Part shown: piece by piece, positions 11,506 to 25,264 of the stretch
Layout: each line of letters starts with the position of its first letter
Numbering within the stretch: position 1 is the first letter of the stretch
Origin: Spizellomyces punctatus DAOM BR117
Lineage: Eukaryota
DNA length: 52,598 bases
Assembly (NCBI GenBank): GCA_000182565.2
Contig: KQ257471.1
Strand: one strand, 5' to 3'
The notes under the pieces: generated by a model
Told to the model about the DNA's origin: nothing
What the model saw: only the letters and a program-made list of their open reading frames with translations
The model's database searches: none
Position numbers and translations under genes: made by a program

Positions 11506-14500
11506 TCATCCGGCATTTAAAACACTACCTCGTCGAGCCACTCTAGTTCCCATTACGATATGCTGATCCTCGTTCAAGCTGGCTATTGCCGCGGCATGCG
11601 AAAAAAAATTGCGGGGAATATACTTTGCAGCTGTCCGGTTTGAAGGAGCAGCATTTGCGATGGACTGACGACGACAACAATCCCAACGGGTAAGCAAAGG
11701 GTAAGTACTGGTGCTTGCCAGGACTCGCTTACTCTGGAATCATCAAGCATTGCTGTGTGCGGACGGTGACGACGTAGGCCCGCAGAGGGCTGCCTTCTAC
11801 AAACGAACCTTAAATGATCAAGACCTACAATATACTATTGGCTTTGTTTTTACCTTGCCGAAAATGGTCGCGGTGATGTAGCTCTAGTCCGCTGTGCTTG
11901 TATGTCGGCCACATCTGGCGTCTCAAATAATACATGACGGGTAGACTTGAATCTGCGATCAGCTGTAGGCGACTATGCCGTATGATAATCGCAATATACC
12001 TTAGACGGGGCCACGGTGTCAAGCACCTCGTGAGAATGGGAGCCCATACTCCGAATAGGTGGTAGCCGTTTCGAAAGATGAGTGTTCCCAGTTACGGAGG
12101 TAGAAGGCCTAGATGACTCCCTATGCGCGGTATTAATATGGTTCACTCGACTCAATCTGATAGCACTATTGCTAGGTACCAGGCATTTGACGGAGCGATC
12201 CTGGTTTGTCCTATTCCTATGCTTAAGAAAGTGAGGTTGCATCAAAATACTACCGGCGGACAGAACTATGCTTTGTGCGTTAAGATACTGTAATTTAGAC
12301 TAGTTGGATAGCTTACCTCGTCCCATATATCATATCGTTCAAGGCAGTGGGGATGGCGTTGACTGTCGCAGGGCCAGGCACAGCTGGTAATGGTAATAGT
12401 CGCATGCCCGGATTGTTTCTGAAATGATATCCTGTCAGGGAAGAGACTACAGAAATTTGGAAATCCTACCAACCGCTTCCAGTTGTGCCCGCCTTGTTTT
12501 GGTGCGGCGCTTTGCAGCCTGACAGCATGGCTCTGGTGCTGAGAATGATTGAAGACATCTGCAATACGTCCAGACGTGGGACGCGCGGATGTTGGCCGCG
12601 CAGACACAGTAGTTCGTGCAGACGTTGGGCGCGCAGATGCCGGGCGCGATGTTGACGACGCCTCTAAAATGAGCAGACTATTCGCCGGAGTTACAAAAAT
12701 GTCGTGCCTTTTGAGCAGATAGACACTTGTGAAGGTCCGTTAAGGTATTACGAATGAGCAGATTAACGAAACTCACGTCGCGCGAACACGAGCTGAGGAT
12801 TCCCGCTTTTGCAGTGAAACCGGGCGAATTGTGATGGCACTGAGTAGGCCATCGTCGTCGCTATCATCCTGAAACAGCATTTCAGGGTACCCCAATCCTC
12901 CTTGTCCACTGGTCGCGTGGACATTGTCGTGTTCATCCGCTTCTGAACCTCTTAGTGCTAGATGGATGGAAATGTGAATGTTTAATATCCTTCAGCATTG
13001 AGTGTATACCATCTCGGGGAAAGTCTGTCACAGTGGTACTTACTGGCGGACAATGCGTCAATAAGTGGATGGAACATGGGAACCAACTACAAATAGGTGG
13101 CAGATCGGCTTAGTGGAGCAATGGTCATCTGGGTATTAACTTGGGCGGAGCACTAATCCAACCCTGACCTCTTACCTCCGACCATATGTCATCAAATATA
13201 TGTCCTACTATATCCTGCCGAATGCTGGCATTTGGTGTCATTGGAGGTATAGCTTGACGTTGATGTGAGTACCGTTTAATCTTTTTATCCTCTAGGTCCT
13301 CGGCACTTTTACGTGTTAGTTAGCAGAGAACAGATTATGGGTGGTGACCCAACCAGGGATGACACATACGTTTGAGTATCGCACGCAAACCACTCATCGA
13401 CTTCGCCGTTTTCGGCAAAGACTTCTTCGTGCTTATGGTTGACGCACGGCGTAGCGCCATCGTCGATCATCGTCAGAGAGGACATCACTGATTCCGCGGG
13501 TATTCTCAGTAGATCTTCGAACGAAGGTACCAAATACTCATATAATGCTACGCTGTTGAGGTCGTGGTCCTATGAACATGCTCAGTACCTGTCGACGCAG
13601 CCTCAGCCTGGAAGTCTCCATCATTAGGAGAGTCTGTAAAAATCATTACCGGGAGCATCATCAATACGTCATAAATATTCACGATATGGGTTGTCTGAAG
13701 GGGCGCAGTGTCCAAAGGTGGAGTCGAGATTTTCGTGACGTCCAACTTGAGTTCACTTGCGCAGCTTCCAGGGTGGTCAAAGAGTTTTTGCAAGCCAATG
13801 AAAGCTATGGCCCAATCCGCTACGGTGGTCTTGCACAAGCTAGCACAAGATTCCACGCGGAATGATAATAGTGCAAAATACTGATCATCTTGCAAATCTC
13901 TTAGATGATTGCCTAAGTGTTTCTTCAGTGCATCTACACCGCCAGGTCCATTCGCGAAGAGTTCAACGCTGTACGTCGTATCGGGTATCGGTGAAAACTC
14001 CATTGGAAGATACGAAGGTTGTGGGTTTGGGTTCTCCGGTGTTGGAGTTGGACAGCGATCTTCCTCCTCCTCACCGATTCCTGCTTTTCCCTCCTGCCCG
14101 TGGAGTGTTTTAAAGTATCGAAAGATCAGCCTGGATTCGCGTAAAATGTACAGATGTTTTAGATAGAAGATTAATAGGTTATAGGAATACGATCGTACCA
14201 GCGAGTGTGCCCATTTCGTCGGTCATGATTCAGCAATCCTTTTATAGCTTCTTGTACTTTAGGATCCGACCAATCAAACAAGCTCCTTGCATAGTACGGC
14301 CAATTTCCGTTTGGGCCAGTTGGCTCTTTCGCGTGGTCATAAATCTGATCAACTGCCTCCAGCATAAATTTTCGAGCAACAATATCGTTACTGAGACCAA
14401 TTCCTTCAACAAAAGGTAGCGAGTCTGGGTAAGAGGCATGGCACGGCTTTGGTGAATAAAGGGATGCTGAGTTGTGCTCAATTGGATTCTCAGGAACAAA

Positions 14501-15175
14501 AAAATATGGAGAATGGCATCGAAGTTCACTCCTCGGTATAATTTCATACCCCAAATCTTTCGTGGGGAGAATCTGATGTCCACGTACACTGTGACCGGGC
14601 GCATATGTTCATTATAATCAAAGAACAGTTTGCGTATTTGAAGCGCACTTACCGCAAATGGGGGAAAAGGGAAGACCATTCTACGCATTCCTCCATCAAT
14701 TGCTGATTACCAATGAGGGTATCGCTTTCTATCGGAAAACAGGAAGACGCAATGTCAGGAGAGAACATCCCAACATCCTCCCAAAACCCACTGCCCGTAC
14801 CATGATATAGAAACGTTTCGAGTTGCTCCAACATCTCTTCGACCTGGGATGTAGCGTGCGCATCGTAATCCTAGCAACAAATGCCCAACTAACTTCAGTA
14901 TGGAGTTTTTCGTCATTATTCGCTCAAGTTCTGTGCTCATTCCGGCCTTTCCATATTTGCGCCTCATTTACACTTAGTGCAGCTCACATGTTCAACATCA
15001 TCCCAAGAGGAGCTCACAGTACTGACTACGCTGGAAGGTGCATAGTCATATATTCTCTGCGATATTGAGCCGGATGATTGCCTGGAAATAATGCCTTAGT
15101 TTTAATTGCAAGGATTGTCCCAGGTGACAAACTCATGCTAACCAGCGACACGCACGTCTGGGAACAAGTGTCCAT
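11506..15175 (-). CDS. FAM149-like (DUF3719) ciliary protein, multi-exon; both ends approximate
   Basis: Spliced translation gives SSWDDVEH/DYDAHATSQVEEMLEQLETFLY, EECVEWSSLFPHLRVRGHQIL, EEVFAENGEVDEWFACD and IPPMTPNASIRQDIVGHIFDDIWSEV, which match FAM149A/B1 blocks in order. Linking the 11506-13000 low-complexity exons to this gene is inferred. Confidence 0.72.
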
Positions 15176-15711
15176 TACAACTATCACGCCATATGGGCTC
15201 AAAAGGCGGTCAACCAGTTCCAGAGTACACGTCGAAAGCAGTCAATACCGTCTGCAGGTTGGTCAAGGTCGTTGGTGAGGTCTCCCATCCAAATCCGCTG
15301 CTACGTAAGCAAAGATGGTTGATTAGCTTCACATTCCAAAGGCAGTGGCTGGAACCAACAAGTTTGCCAAGGACAAAGTGTGAGATTCGTACTTTGCAGA
15401 TGCCACGTACACGAGAGGCAGATCGACGGAAGCCCTAGTATGCGGGTTTAGGAGGGTATTCATACGCATTCGACAAATGCTTGGGGTCAAGCGTGTGGAA
15501 GACATCTGCCAGGCTGGTAAGTCTACGTTTGCAGGGGATAGTCCAGACTTTGGAGACCCGCGGCAGGCACTTTGTTGCACGTTTCTAATTCTGTCAGCTA
15601 TTAGCCGCGGCGCTTGGACTGGTTGCATACGGGAACTATCTTTTTGGGCAATCTGGATCCATATCGGTTGGCGGTGGTGCATATCTTTTTCTTGGACTGG
15701 CGTTCTATTAT

Positions 15712-18508
15712 GTGTCGAATCACTACCCATCTACCAAGGGGTCTAATGTTGTGAATTATGCTGGAGGCACAAAGGGTTTCCATGCATTGAATGCATCGCC
15801 ACGGGCCGTGTTAATGTGCGCAATTCTGGCGTTGACAGTCATCAGTGCGGAGATCCACCGGCGCCTCGACATAATCAAAATACGACATGTGGAAATTAGG
15901 GACGCTATTGGACACAAGCCAGAAGCATCTCCGTTATCATGTCGTCCCATCGCACAATTGGTTGGCCGCAGGTACGATGCCATATACCGAAATTCAACGT
16001 ATTTTGACCCAGGGGCTTCCTTGGCGTGCGAACCTGCGGGGTGCCCTTGTCTGCAGGGAGTTGCGCGCAGACGTGGAACGCCAAGATGTCATCTCTACCG
16101 GCAATATGACAGACCATTTGACCCCTCCAAGACTGGCTTGTATGTTGCTGAGTACTGGTTCAAATGTGGAGTGAACGGGAAGGGAAAGGACTTGGTGTTT
16201 TCGTCGACTGTTTCTCGAATCCTACATGTTCGAGACCGACCATCACTGCAACTGAGGAGCCTTGGTGTGGATCAAATAACAGTCGCATTCCCAGAAGCAG
16301 TAGCCCGTGATAATAAAGGGGACCTACGGTTCAGTGTTGCACCAACCGCACTCGGTGGACTCGATCCCAGCTCCTTCCAAAGTCGAGTAGTAGATGGGAA
16401 TGGTATCACATTGGCGAATATTATCATAGATGATGTCCACGTCGGTGCTCCTATGACTGAGGCAGCTTTGCATGCTACAAATCAAGATACATCTAAAGCG
16501 ACGTTCATTCTCCACCTCCGTCTCCCCGAATATACAATACCGATTAACCAGTGGCCCGTAAACGCAACGCTCGAAATGTGGCCTTCGCCTAGGGCTTGTT
16601 TTGATGCCCAGTACCCTTTCGCGCCATGTTCACCGAAGCAAGTACGCATATCAATTTTTCCTCCACCCATAGCACGAGCATGGCTTAAACATCGCGTGGA
16701 TGCAGTCACCTTGGTTGCCCGTTTCGCATTTTCCGGCACTTTTATTACAAAGACGGGTAGACAAATGGCACTGGCGGAGTCGTTTTCAGTAACTCTCGCC
16801 CAGCAGACAGCTGGATTCTTTTGGAACAGCCGAACTGTTCGCACCACGCTGGACATTCTGTGGCTCCGTCACGCGACGCTTCCGACGGCGCCAGGTGCTG
16901 ATTTTACGAAAGAAGAGATCGAATATGATATTGCAATACATTTACCACGGGAAAAATACAACACCGGCGATAAGCTCATATTGGCTGTCCGCGAAAATGC
17001 CCTAGTTGGAGCTGGTTGGCCTCATTTCCCAGTATGGAGCGCCAATGCAGAGGTGGAACTAGTCAAGGGTGAGAAACGAACTGCATCCTGCATGTCGAAA
17101 TCTCATGATAGCATGGCTCATTTGTGAATCTTAGGGTTTTGCTGCTCGGATGAGCCTCGTCGCTCCTATCGCGTGGATCTTGCAGCCCATTGCCATCTTC
17201 CCGGCAAGTTCTACGCCAATGCAAACGCATGTCCGCAAATAGGCGCAGTATCCCAACCCCCCGGTGGTTTACAAAGAAAAGCGCTTCCGTCTGCGCGTCT
17301 GCAACTGATTGGACCACGAGTTATGGTTTTGTACGCTGGTGAACCTTTTGTAGATCCTGGGGTCAGCATTGTCGGTCTGCAGGAGGGCGTTTCCGGACAC
17401 AAACCGAAGGTCATTACCCGATTCGATAGATCATTTGATGCCGCAAAGCCTCGGGCGGGTGTCTTCGTACAGACATATCTGCAGGATCCCGTAAACGATG
17501 ACCACACGTCGGTAACCCGAGTTCTCTATGTGCGGCATCGTCGACCAACTGCGGCTCTTGTCGGCTGGTACGAAAAGTTGACGGCACGGAACGAAATGAG
17601 TGAAGGCAACAGGCGGGGTATGATCGTAATACGGTTCTCGTCGCGCGTGAACATCGATTTGGATTCTTTTGCTATTTCGATCAATGGATCTGCTGTGGAA
17701 CCATTGAACATCAAATATCATAATGATACCGATTTATGGGACGTAGAACTAGATTACCAAAAAAGCAAAGGGGCGTGGAGAGAAGGGACCAGCATTGCTG
17801 TCAACATAAATGGTGATAAATGTACGGACGCTCGGCCGCCATTTGGTAGATGCGACGTGAATCAGCGCCTAGAAGCCATCACAGGGCAAGGTGTGCATGT
17901 GATCGGGATTCAGGACACAAGGTGGACCGCCGAGCATCTTGAGGTTACAGTCCAATTCTCTGACGAGGTCAAAGGGGTGTCAGGAACCGACATCGGTCCG
18001 GAGGCTTTTGAGGCCTCTTTCGTTCACGCTAGTGACCGTATCGTGAGAGACTATCAGCCCGCATGTCGAATTCCGGGTGCTGGGTTGGAAGTGATGGGTG
18101 TGGAACGCGTCCTTGGCCAGCACGTTGTCTACAGTTTAAGGATTCGCGGCGCAGTGCTCCAATCCGATGCATGGAAAGGTGCTGTCATAGTAGCCTTGCG
18201 GCCTGGAAAAGTGGTAGCGTCCAATTTTGCCGGACTCATCGTTCCTTGTTGGGCCTCTGTGGTTGACGGTAAGTGAATCCATCATGCTTGTCGAGAGTAT
18301 GTGGAGGCTGACTCATGATTCAGGCCAAGCCAATACTCCAAAATCCTCGATCCAAAGTATAGGATACGAGTTTGCTCTTGCACTCGTTGCACAGCTTGTC
18401 AAGACTATATTGCTTTTCAGCACGCTTTATGTTTGCATCTTTGGAGACGATCATCTTCTAGCAGGTGCTTGGGGAAGTGCCTGCATTTTGATTTTGTTCT
18501 TAGCTTAA
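15712..18508 (+). CDS. Uncharacterised membrane-anchored protein with repeated Ig-like (DUF5011/HYR-like and Big-like) domains; multi-exon, start uncertain
   Basis: Long ORFs 15712-17127 and 17173-18276 joined by an intron. Two repeats (QLVGRRYDAIYRNSTYFDPGAS...VSRILHV; QLIGPRVMVLYAGEPFVDPGVS...VTRVLYV), beta-rich VTVQFSDEV/IVIRFSSRV segments, and hydrophobic stretches at both ends. Confidence 0.55.
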
Positions 18509-18710
18509 TTTGTTACAATTGTTTTATGTTGTATAAGCGTAGATTGTTATTAGGTTTATTTTCGTAGTATGCTGTAACAGCAGATGGAGTTAATCATCTG
18601 TTACAATTCGAAGCACATGAAGAGTTGCTTATGTAAGCCTGGCGGGGTGCTGAAGCACTTAGTTTGGTTCACCTTCCCTCGGCCTCAGCACTGAATGCAC
18701 TAGACCACCT

Positions 18711-21097
18711 ATGGCGGAAGCTGTAATTTCATCCGGTCGGGTTGGTACTCCTACTCAGTCCCATGACAGAATAGTCAGCATAGATAACCAGAACGAACAG
18801 TCCGAGTCCGATAGTCAGGATACTGTGAAAAGCCTTGAGAGGAGAATAGTTGAACTCGAAACCCAGCTCAAGGTAGCGTTGTTCTTACAGCGCCTTTTGC
18901 ATCCCACCTATTCCCTCGAACCCTTCATGCTTTTTGCTTGAATTAGAATGTCAGCGAACAAAAAGAGAAAGAGTTGGCCCTCGCAGCGGAAACTATTACG
19001 CGGAAAAATGATGTGATTGACGTTATGCGAATAAAGCTGAATCGGTACGAGTTTGCAATCAAAGAAGCCATTCTCTTTCTGGGAAAGCCAATGTTGAACT
19101 TTGAGGAATGGCTGACGCGTGGAGGAAAGGAGTCCTTCAGTGGGGATTCCGGCCAAGCTGAGCATTCCCGTATCGCCTCAACTATCAGCAAATCCAACAA
19201 CGATAAGTCTTTGCCGGCACAGATGGCAGAGAAACAACAAGCTCAGCAGGCTGCAAACTTCCAGCTGTCTCTGACGTCCGGCTCAAAAGCAATGTTGCCA
19301 GGCGGCGCAACACCGTTGGAAGTTCAGTGTATGGAATGTCTGCGCCTGGCGTTGAATTATCTAAAAAGTGCCCAGATGTCAGTTAAGGCTGTGTCAGAGC
19401 CCAAGCCACCAGGCATTCAAACTACTCAGGATCTGGAGCCTCTGCCTCGATTGAATGGTGAGGCAGCACATGCAGAGTCAGCGTCCCCCGGCGACGGGGC
19501 ATGGCCCAAACTATCTCCTTGCAGAGAAGAGGAACCTGAGCCCCCACGGCTTGGTACAGCTTCAAGCGATACAAAAGGACTTTTGTCAACCGGAAATATG
19601 TCACAGGCAGGGTTACAATCTGGTCGATCATACTCTTCTGCCTCAAGCCATGAAAGGAAGATTTCAGCTCAAAAGGCCGCTGCAGCACTTTATCATGCTG
19701 CTACTTCTCTACCAGAGGATGACGAGAGCGATCTAGCAACCAATCCATCGAGGAGTACTGGAACAGCCCCAAGCACCCCAACGATCAGTAAATGCCACTT
19801 CTGCCGTGACAATATGCTACAACTACACCACTTGCAGGATACTATTGACGGTCTCAAGCTTGATATCACGGATCTTGCCGATCAATTAGAGGAGGAACGC
19901 GCCATAAGGGATAGACTACAGCTGAGCAAGGACATTTTAGATCAAGAACTCGAGGAGCTTACTGCTCAACTGTTTGACCAAGCGAATCGAATGGTGATAG
20001 ATGAAGCAAAAATGCGGGATGAACTGGAACATTCTAATCGCCAATTGAGGGGCGAGCTGAGCGAGGTAATGCAAAATTTTAGAAGACGGGACGACGAATT
20101 ACAACAGCTGCGTCAGTCTCTACGGGCACTAGAAGCTGCTAAACTACGCTCAAGCTCTGTTACCAACCTTACCTCTGCTGCTGGTTCCAGTTCGCCCCTG
20201 GGTTCACAATCCAGCCTTGCCACTTCTGGCCCTCCTCTCCGTCGTGACAGTATTATGCGAAGGTCATCAGTAATTGTTTCCCCGCATGGCTCTTTCCCAG
20301 TCCTAGGCATCAACTCGTCCTCAACCATCCCAGTCGACGGGATCATCTTCTCAGAATTTCAGGAGCATGTAAAGGAAACCATGAACTCGAACTACCAACA
20401 AACACCCTCTATTACAACTCAGTTCTTTAAACGGTGTATGGCGGAGGATGTCGAACCATGCCTATTCTACGGGTACCACCTGGACGGAGGTGGGATATTC
20501 AAGCAAACACAGGGCCTAAGCGCATCAAGCAAAAAGAAATTCCTGGAAAACATATCACGGGGATGGTGTGAAGTGGTACCGCATTGGGCAACTCGATCGA
20601 ATTCTTCACTTGCGAGTAAGATATCACAGTCACCTTCCTCACCATCACCGTTGTCGGGTGACATCGCCTCCCAACAATCACAGCGACCAGCAGCTCGTAC
20701 AAAATGCTATGCTTGTACGTTGATCCGAGATTGTGATTACAAAATCCGGTTTGTCCCCCCAGCGCCGAGCACATCGTCTACAACCACAGGATCCGTTTCC
20801 TCATCCTCAGCAACACAAACTTCCTTATCACCAGATGCGGCGTGGCAACCTCTATGTCGATTTTGTAGGGATCGAATTCTTGCGGTGCTTGGTTTCTTTG
20901 CATTTTTGTCGCATTTGCGTGATGGGGTGAAGCACGGTGCGACGATCCTTGCGATGTTCCGACAAGTCCTATGGTTGCGAAGGCGTATGGCGGGGTCGAG
21001 AATAGGGAGTACTGCATTGTTCGATGGGGACGCAGACGGAAACTGGAGGCTTGAAGCAGGGGGTGATTGGGAAAAACTGGTGCAAATAATGCCGTGA
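18711..21097 (+). CDS. SEC2: Rab GEF of the Sec2/Rabin8 family
   Basis: Coiled coil with DILDQELEELTAQLFDQANRMV (Sec2p domain), FFKRCMAEDVEPCL, CYAC and LCRFCRDRI C-terminal motifs; one intron at about 18873-18946. Confidence 0.85.
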
Positions 21098-21197
21098 TCT
21101 CATAATATTGATTTTGTTTATATCTTGGCTTCCTGGATAGTGCTGCACCTATATCATGGATGGCATGCCCAACTACCAACCTATGCACATGGTATTC

Positions 21198-24100
21198 CTA
21201 GCACGAAACTGCCACACCCAATCCACCGACCGATGTCCCATCCAACATAGGGAATGCATTTGCAACCAATTCACAGGTTGCTTTACCATCAAAACTATTC
21301 AAAACTTCCATACCAGCAGGGATAAAGTCTTCGGGCTTCCCTCGTCCTCTCCAGTGTTCAGCCATCCACTTAGGAATCTTTCCTTCCCGCAGGGTTGTTG
21401 CCCTAGTCCCCTCTGTTGACAATTGCACTCCCTGTCCTCCCATGACTGCCCATAATGACAACCACACGATATCCTGTCCGTGACGGCAGTTGGCGGCCGC
21501 CTTCAGCACACCCACAGCGCCCTCTGTAACTTCCTGCGTATACCATCGTGAATTCAAGAAGGGTACTACACTAGTTACTATCCTAAAGATACTATTGTTT
21601 GACATCTGGACTCTAAGAAGTAGCTCGGCCATAGTGGTAAGGGACGCGACGTAGACTTTCATCTGTTGTGATGTTACCACCCGATGATGTACATCGCGAT
21701 GTGCTCGATGCGACCCTTCCTTCTCTCCCGCATATGTCCGCTCAACAGCCCTCTGCAAACTTTTTGCAAGGACTTCAAACCGGGGGATCAGATCGTCCGC
21801 CACCCGTTTGACAACAAAATCGGGCGACAGACGACACATGGTTGCCACAGCAATTAATGCTTCAAATACGACGTAATGTTCCTCATCTCCCAAGCGACGG
21901 GTAATGATCGGCCAGAACTTGTGAATGGTTGGGTTGAGATCGTTCGAGCGTAGGCGGAGGATAGCGAGAGAACTATGAAAAATGCGTAGGGATTGGACCC
22001 GAAGTCTCGGGTTGGCACTGGAGTGGTAATGGTATAACTTGTTGACGATTTTCAGAGCCAATGACTGCACATGAGACGGAGGTCCTACTCCGTCGGCTCG
22101 CTCATCGCTTGTCCCGTGCATGTCGAATTTGTCGCCACTTTGGCCTAGGTCATCCGGTGACGAAATCGGTCTGCCAGGGGATGTTACTCCTTCAAATTCA
22201 CCACTTTTGCGGTCCGTGAAGAATTTTTCTATGTCGCCAATCGATGCCTGTCCGCGGTTCTGCTGGTTCGGTGTTCTTCGCTCTTCAACGGACGGCTTGC
22301 ATTCAAGGTAAAATCCAAGCATTTCTTGCGAACAGGCAGAGAGTTCAAAAGGGGCTCGCTCATCGATTATTGGAGCAAGGCAGACACTTTCACTTCGTTC
22401 ATCCCTCGAGGTCTCTTTCTCCACGGGTACACTGGCATCCTCACACATCACGTCCATCAAGGTCTTAAGAACTCCAATTAGATTGAACACGACTAGCCCA
22501 TTTTCATTGTGCCAATGATCCAAAGCATCCAAAATTTCGTCGACAGAATCATCCATGTAAGGAACGATATGAATACCTGCGATCCGGATTGCCGCCTTTA
22601 GCACGAGTGGCGCTCGTGGATTCTGCGCAATGTAGCGCAAGCGTCGTGATACAATATTCACAATGTAGTCAACATTCTGAAGAATCATTTCGCGCGGCCC
22701 TTGCATGCTATCGCTCGACGGTTGAGTGGATTTGTGATACTCACAAGCTTCCGCGACGGCAATTAATGTAGCCATTGCCGAATCGCTTACAGTTCGATTC
22801 GGATCTCCAACGTTTTCAAGTATTGCATAAAGAGTATCCATAAGCAGTAAGCGAAAGTCGGCTCCAGCCACAGCAGCCATGACCGCTACGCCTTCAAGAA
22901 TAAGACTAGTTTTCTGGATGACGGCGTTAAAGGTACCACTCATCGGAGCACTATCCGGCTCATTCACGAGATAATCGGGGTTCAATCTTCGAAGGTCCTT
23001 GAGAAGCTTCAAATCAGCAAGATTTGTCGGAAGTTTCAGTATGGGTGAGTCAAGATATTCGCGAACTACGGATTTTATAATTGGCATCATAGAGGCTTTT
23101 CTGTCTTCTGACCCATTGGAATAACTGAGAGCTTCGACTCCTACACCCGCAGCACCAAGACATATTTCATTCAGAATGTAGATCGCTTGTGGCTGATAAT
23201 CCCCGAACGCTATGGAACGTAGGTGTCCCAAGAAATGGTCTACCAGAGATTCTAGATCCCCATAGTAGCCCAGTAGGCGGCACATTTGGCTGATAGCCAA
23301 AGTAACTTTATCGTTACGGAAGTACTGAAATCGCTTTCGCGGAAACATGTACGCAAACCGCTTGAAATCTTTTCCGGTTGACGGTTCACTCCTCTCCGGA
23401 ACTTCAGACGCCATATCCATGATGGCAAAGCCAATGCTCGACTCTGCTACCCGATCCTCTACCAGCTTGACTTCAGAGCTATCAAATGTCAAGATCTTAA
23501 GCAATCCAAGAGACACATGATTCATTACAGCTCCCAAGGGCTTGTTGATTTCTCCCTTTAAGAGCATCAAGTAACCGTTTGCGATATGAAGGGATTCTAG
23601 TTTTCTGCCATCATCAGTCTGCATCATTTGTCGCGGTAGCGTCATCATGTAGGAGAAGAAGGTCTCTTTCAGGATGGATGTTACGGAATATTGGTCGCGT
23701 ATTTTAGCGGCTACGACTTCAATTTGCGCCCGGCATTCGTTCGCCACCAAGGGGTATTCGTCATTGACGTAGCACAGCAACGTTTCAACCAACAGCGGGA
23801 TGGATAACCCAAGGGAACAAGAGCAGTGCAGTGCCACATTGGATGCAAACCGCAAGAACCCCAGACGTATTTTCCACTGATCATGACTACGAATCGTAAA
23901 TATACGAGTAAAGAGCTTATTGAGACGTATAACGGTGTTTTTGTGCCAATGGGCATCCCTAACTATATATGGTTTCGGTTGCGGTTCTGAAGAATCTGCA
24001 ACGGTGGCTGGGGCGTGCAATGGCGGCCTCAAATTCTGTGCCCGATCATCCATCGATGGAATTCGCTGAGCCAGCTCGACCAGATCAGCCCAACTAGGTT

Positions 24101-25014
24101 TTTGCTTCGGAAGTAAGTGTTCGCAAGCGTCATCACTCATGACTAATACAATAGTCTGGAGAAGTAAATTCAGACATCCAACGATGATTCGATGGCTGTC
24201 CTTTGCGTCTTTCGTTATCGTTTTGGCCAATGTAGAACTGATTCCCGGTAAGAACTGAGCAACTATATCCGGCTCGCGCAATTGCTGCACGACACGCGAC
24301 AACGTGTCTATAGCGGATACTTGCAGACGCAAATTCCGCTCCTTCTCGATCAAGTCCAATAGAACGACTACTACGTGTGCAACAGCTGGCTGATACTCTG
24401 ATCTACTCAGCTCCTTATCAGTCGTATCCCTTATGGCTACCCTGTCTACTTCCTCGCACTGTTCATTTTCTACCGTCGGGGGTACCGCAGGTTTCTTTAC
24501 CAGGGCCAGCAGACACCGAACGCCGAGGCCTTTGACCTCCTCTGATGTTCCTCTCCCGTTTCTCACTGCCTTCGATACAGTTCCTTGAGATATTATGAAC
24601 GGTAAAGTAACTAGCAGCTCCCGATAAAGTTGAAGCGGCACTGCTTCACCCGGACACATTTCCAAAAGGTACAGTAAACATTCGAGACCGCACTCCAAGG
24701 CACTCAAGGAAGCCGACGGGTAGCTGAAAAGCTGCAGAATTGGAAATGTGACGTATTCAACTAGACCGCCCAGCACGCTCGCGCCGCATTCGCTTGCGCC
24801 AATGACGTGCAGCATATCGAGCAGAGCCACGAGCCGGTTGTTCGCATCTCTGGTTGTAGTTGTCCAGCAGTGGGGATTCATTACGTCCACGCATATTGGC
24901 TTGAGCTGAGCAAGCAAATAAGGTTAGATCAAGAAGACCTGCTTTGGTATTGCCGTCTGATAGCACCTGCTTGAAAGCTTCACGCCTTCGAGATTCTAGT
25001 GTAGCTGAATCCAT
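21198..25014 (-). CDS. TTI1: TEL2-interacting protein 1 (TTT complex HEAT-repeat protein)
   Basis: RREAFKQ/LKPICV, LVEYVTFPI, FLPGISSTL, WKIRLG, LMDTLYAILE, ILQNVDYIVN, PTIHKFWPII; 1239-aa ORF plus a short first exon. Confidence 0.85.
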
Positions 25015-25123
25015 GCAGACCCAGAGGACCTTTAGTAGTTCAAGCTGCCCCACACTATCTCGGGACCGTTCAACTATGGAAGCACCATGCGATAGCACTA
25101 GCGACTACTAGCAGAAGAGGCCA

Positions 25124-25142
25124 TAACCCTAACCCTAACCCT
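25124..25142. promoter_or_regulatory. Three tandem TAACCC telomere-type repeats in the divergent TTI1/LRRC40 promoter
   Basis: taaccctaaccctaaccct within the 250-bp intergenic gap; function is inferred. Confidence 0.5.
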
Positions 25143-25264
25143 GGATGTCAGTTGGATTCCAATTCAACTTGATAGCGTAAGCGCATTGGAGCCGGCTCAT
25201 TCGTGTCAGCGTCAGACCCTCTTTCTCGGAGTACGAACTTTTAGCAAGTTGTCGTATTTTCGCC

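Noticed and set aside
13309-14834. Frameshifted pseudogene (overlapping ORFs in several frames)
   Set aside because: Frame changes are explained by phase-compatible GT-AG introns within a FAM149-like gene
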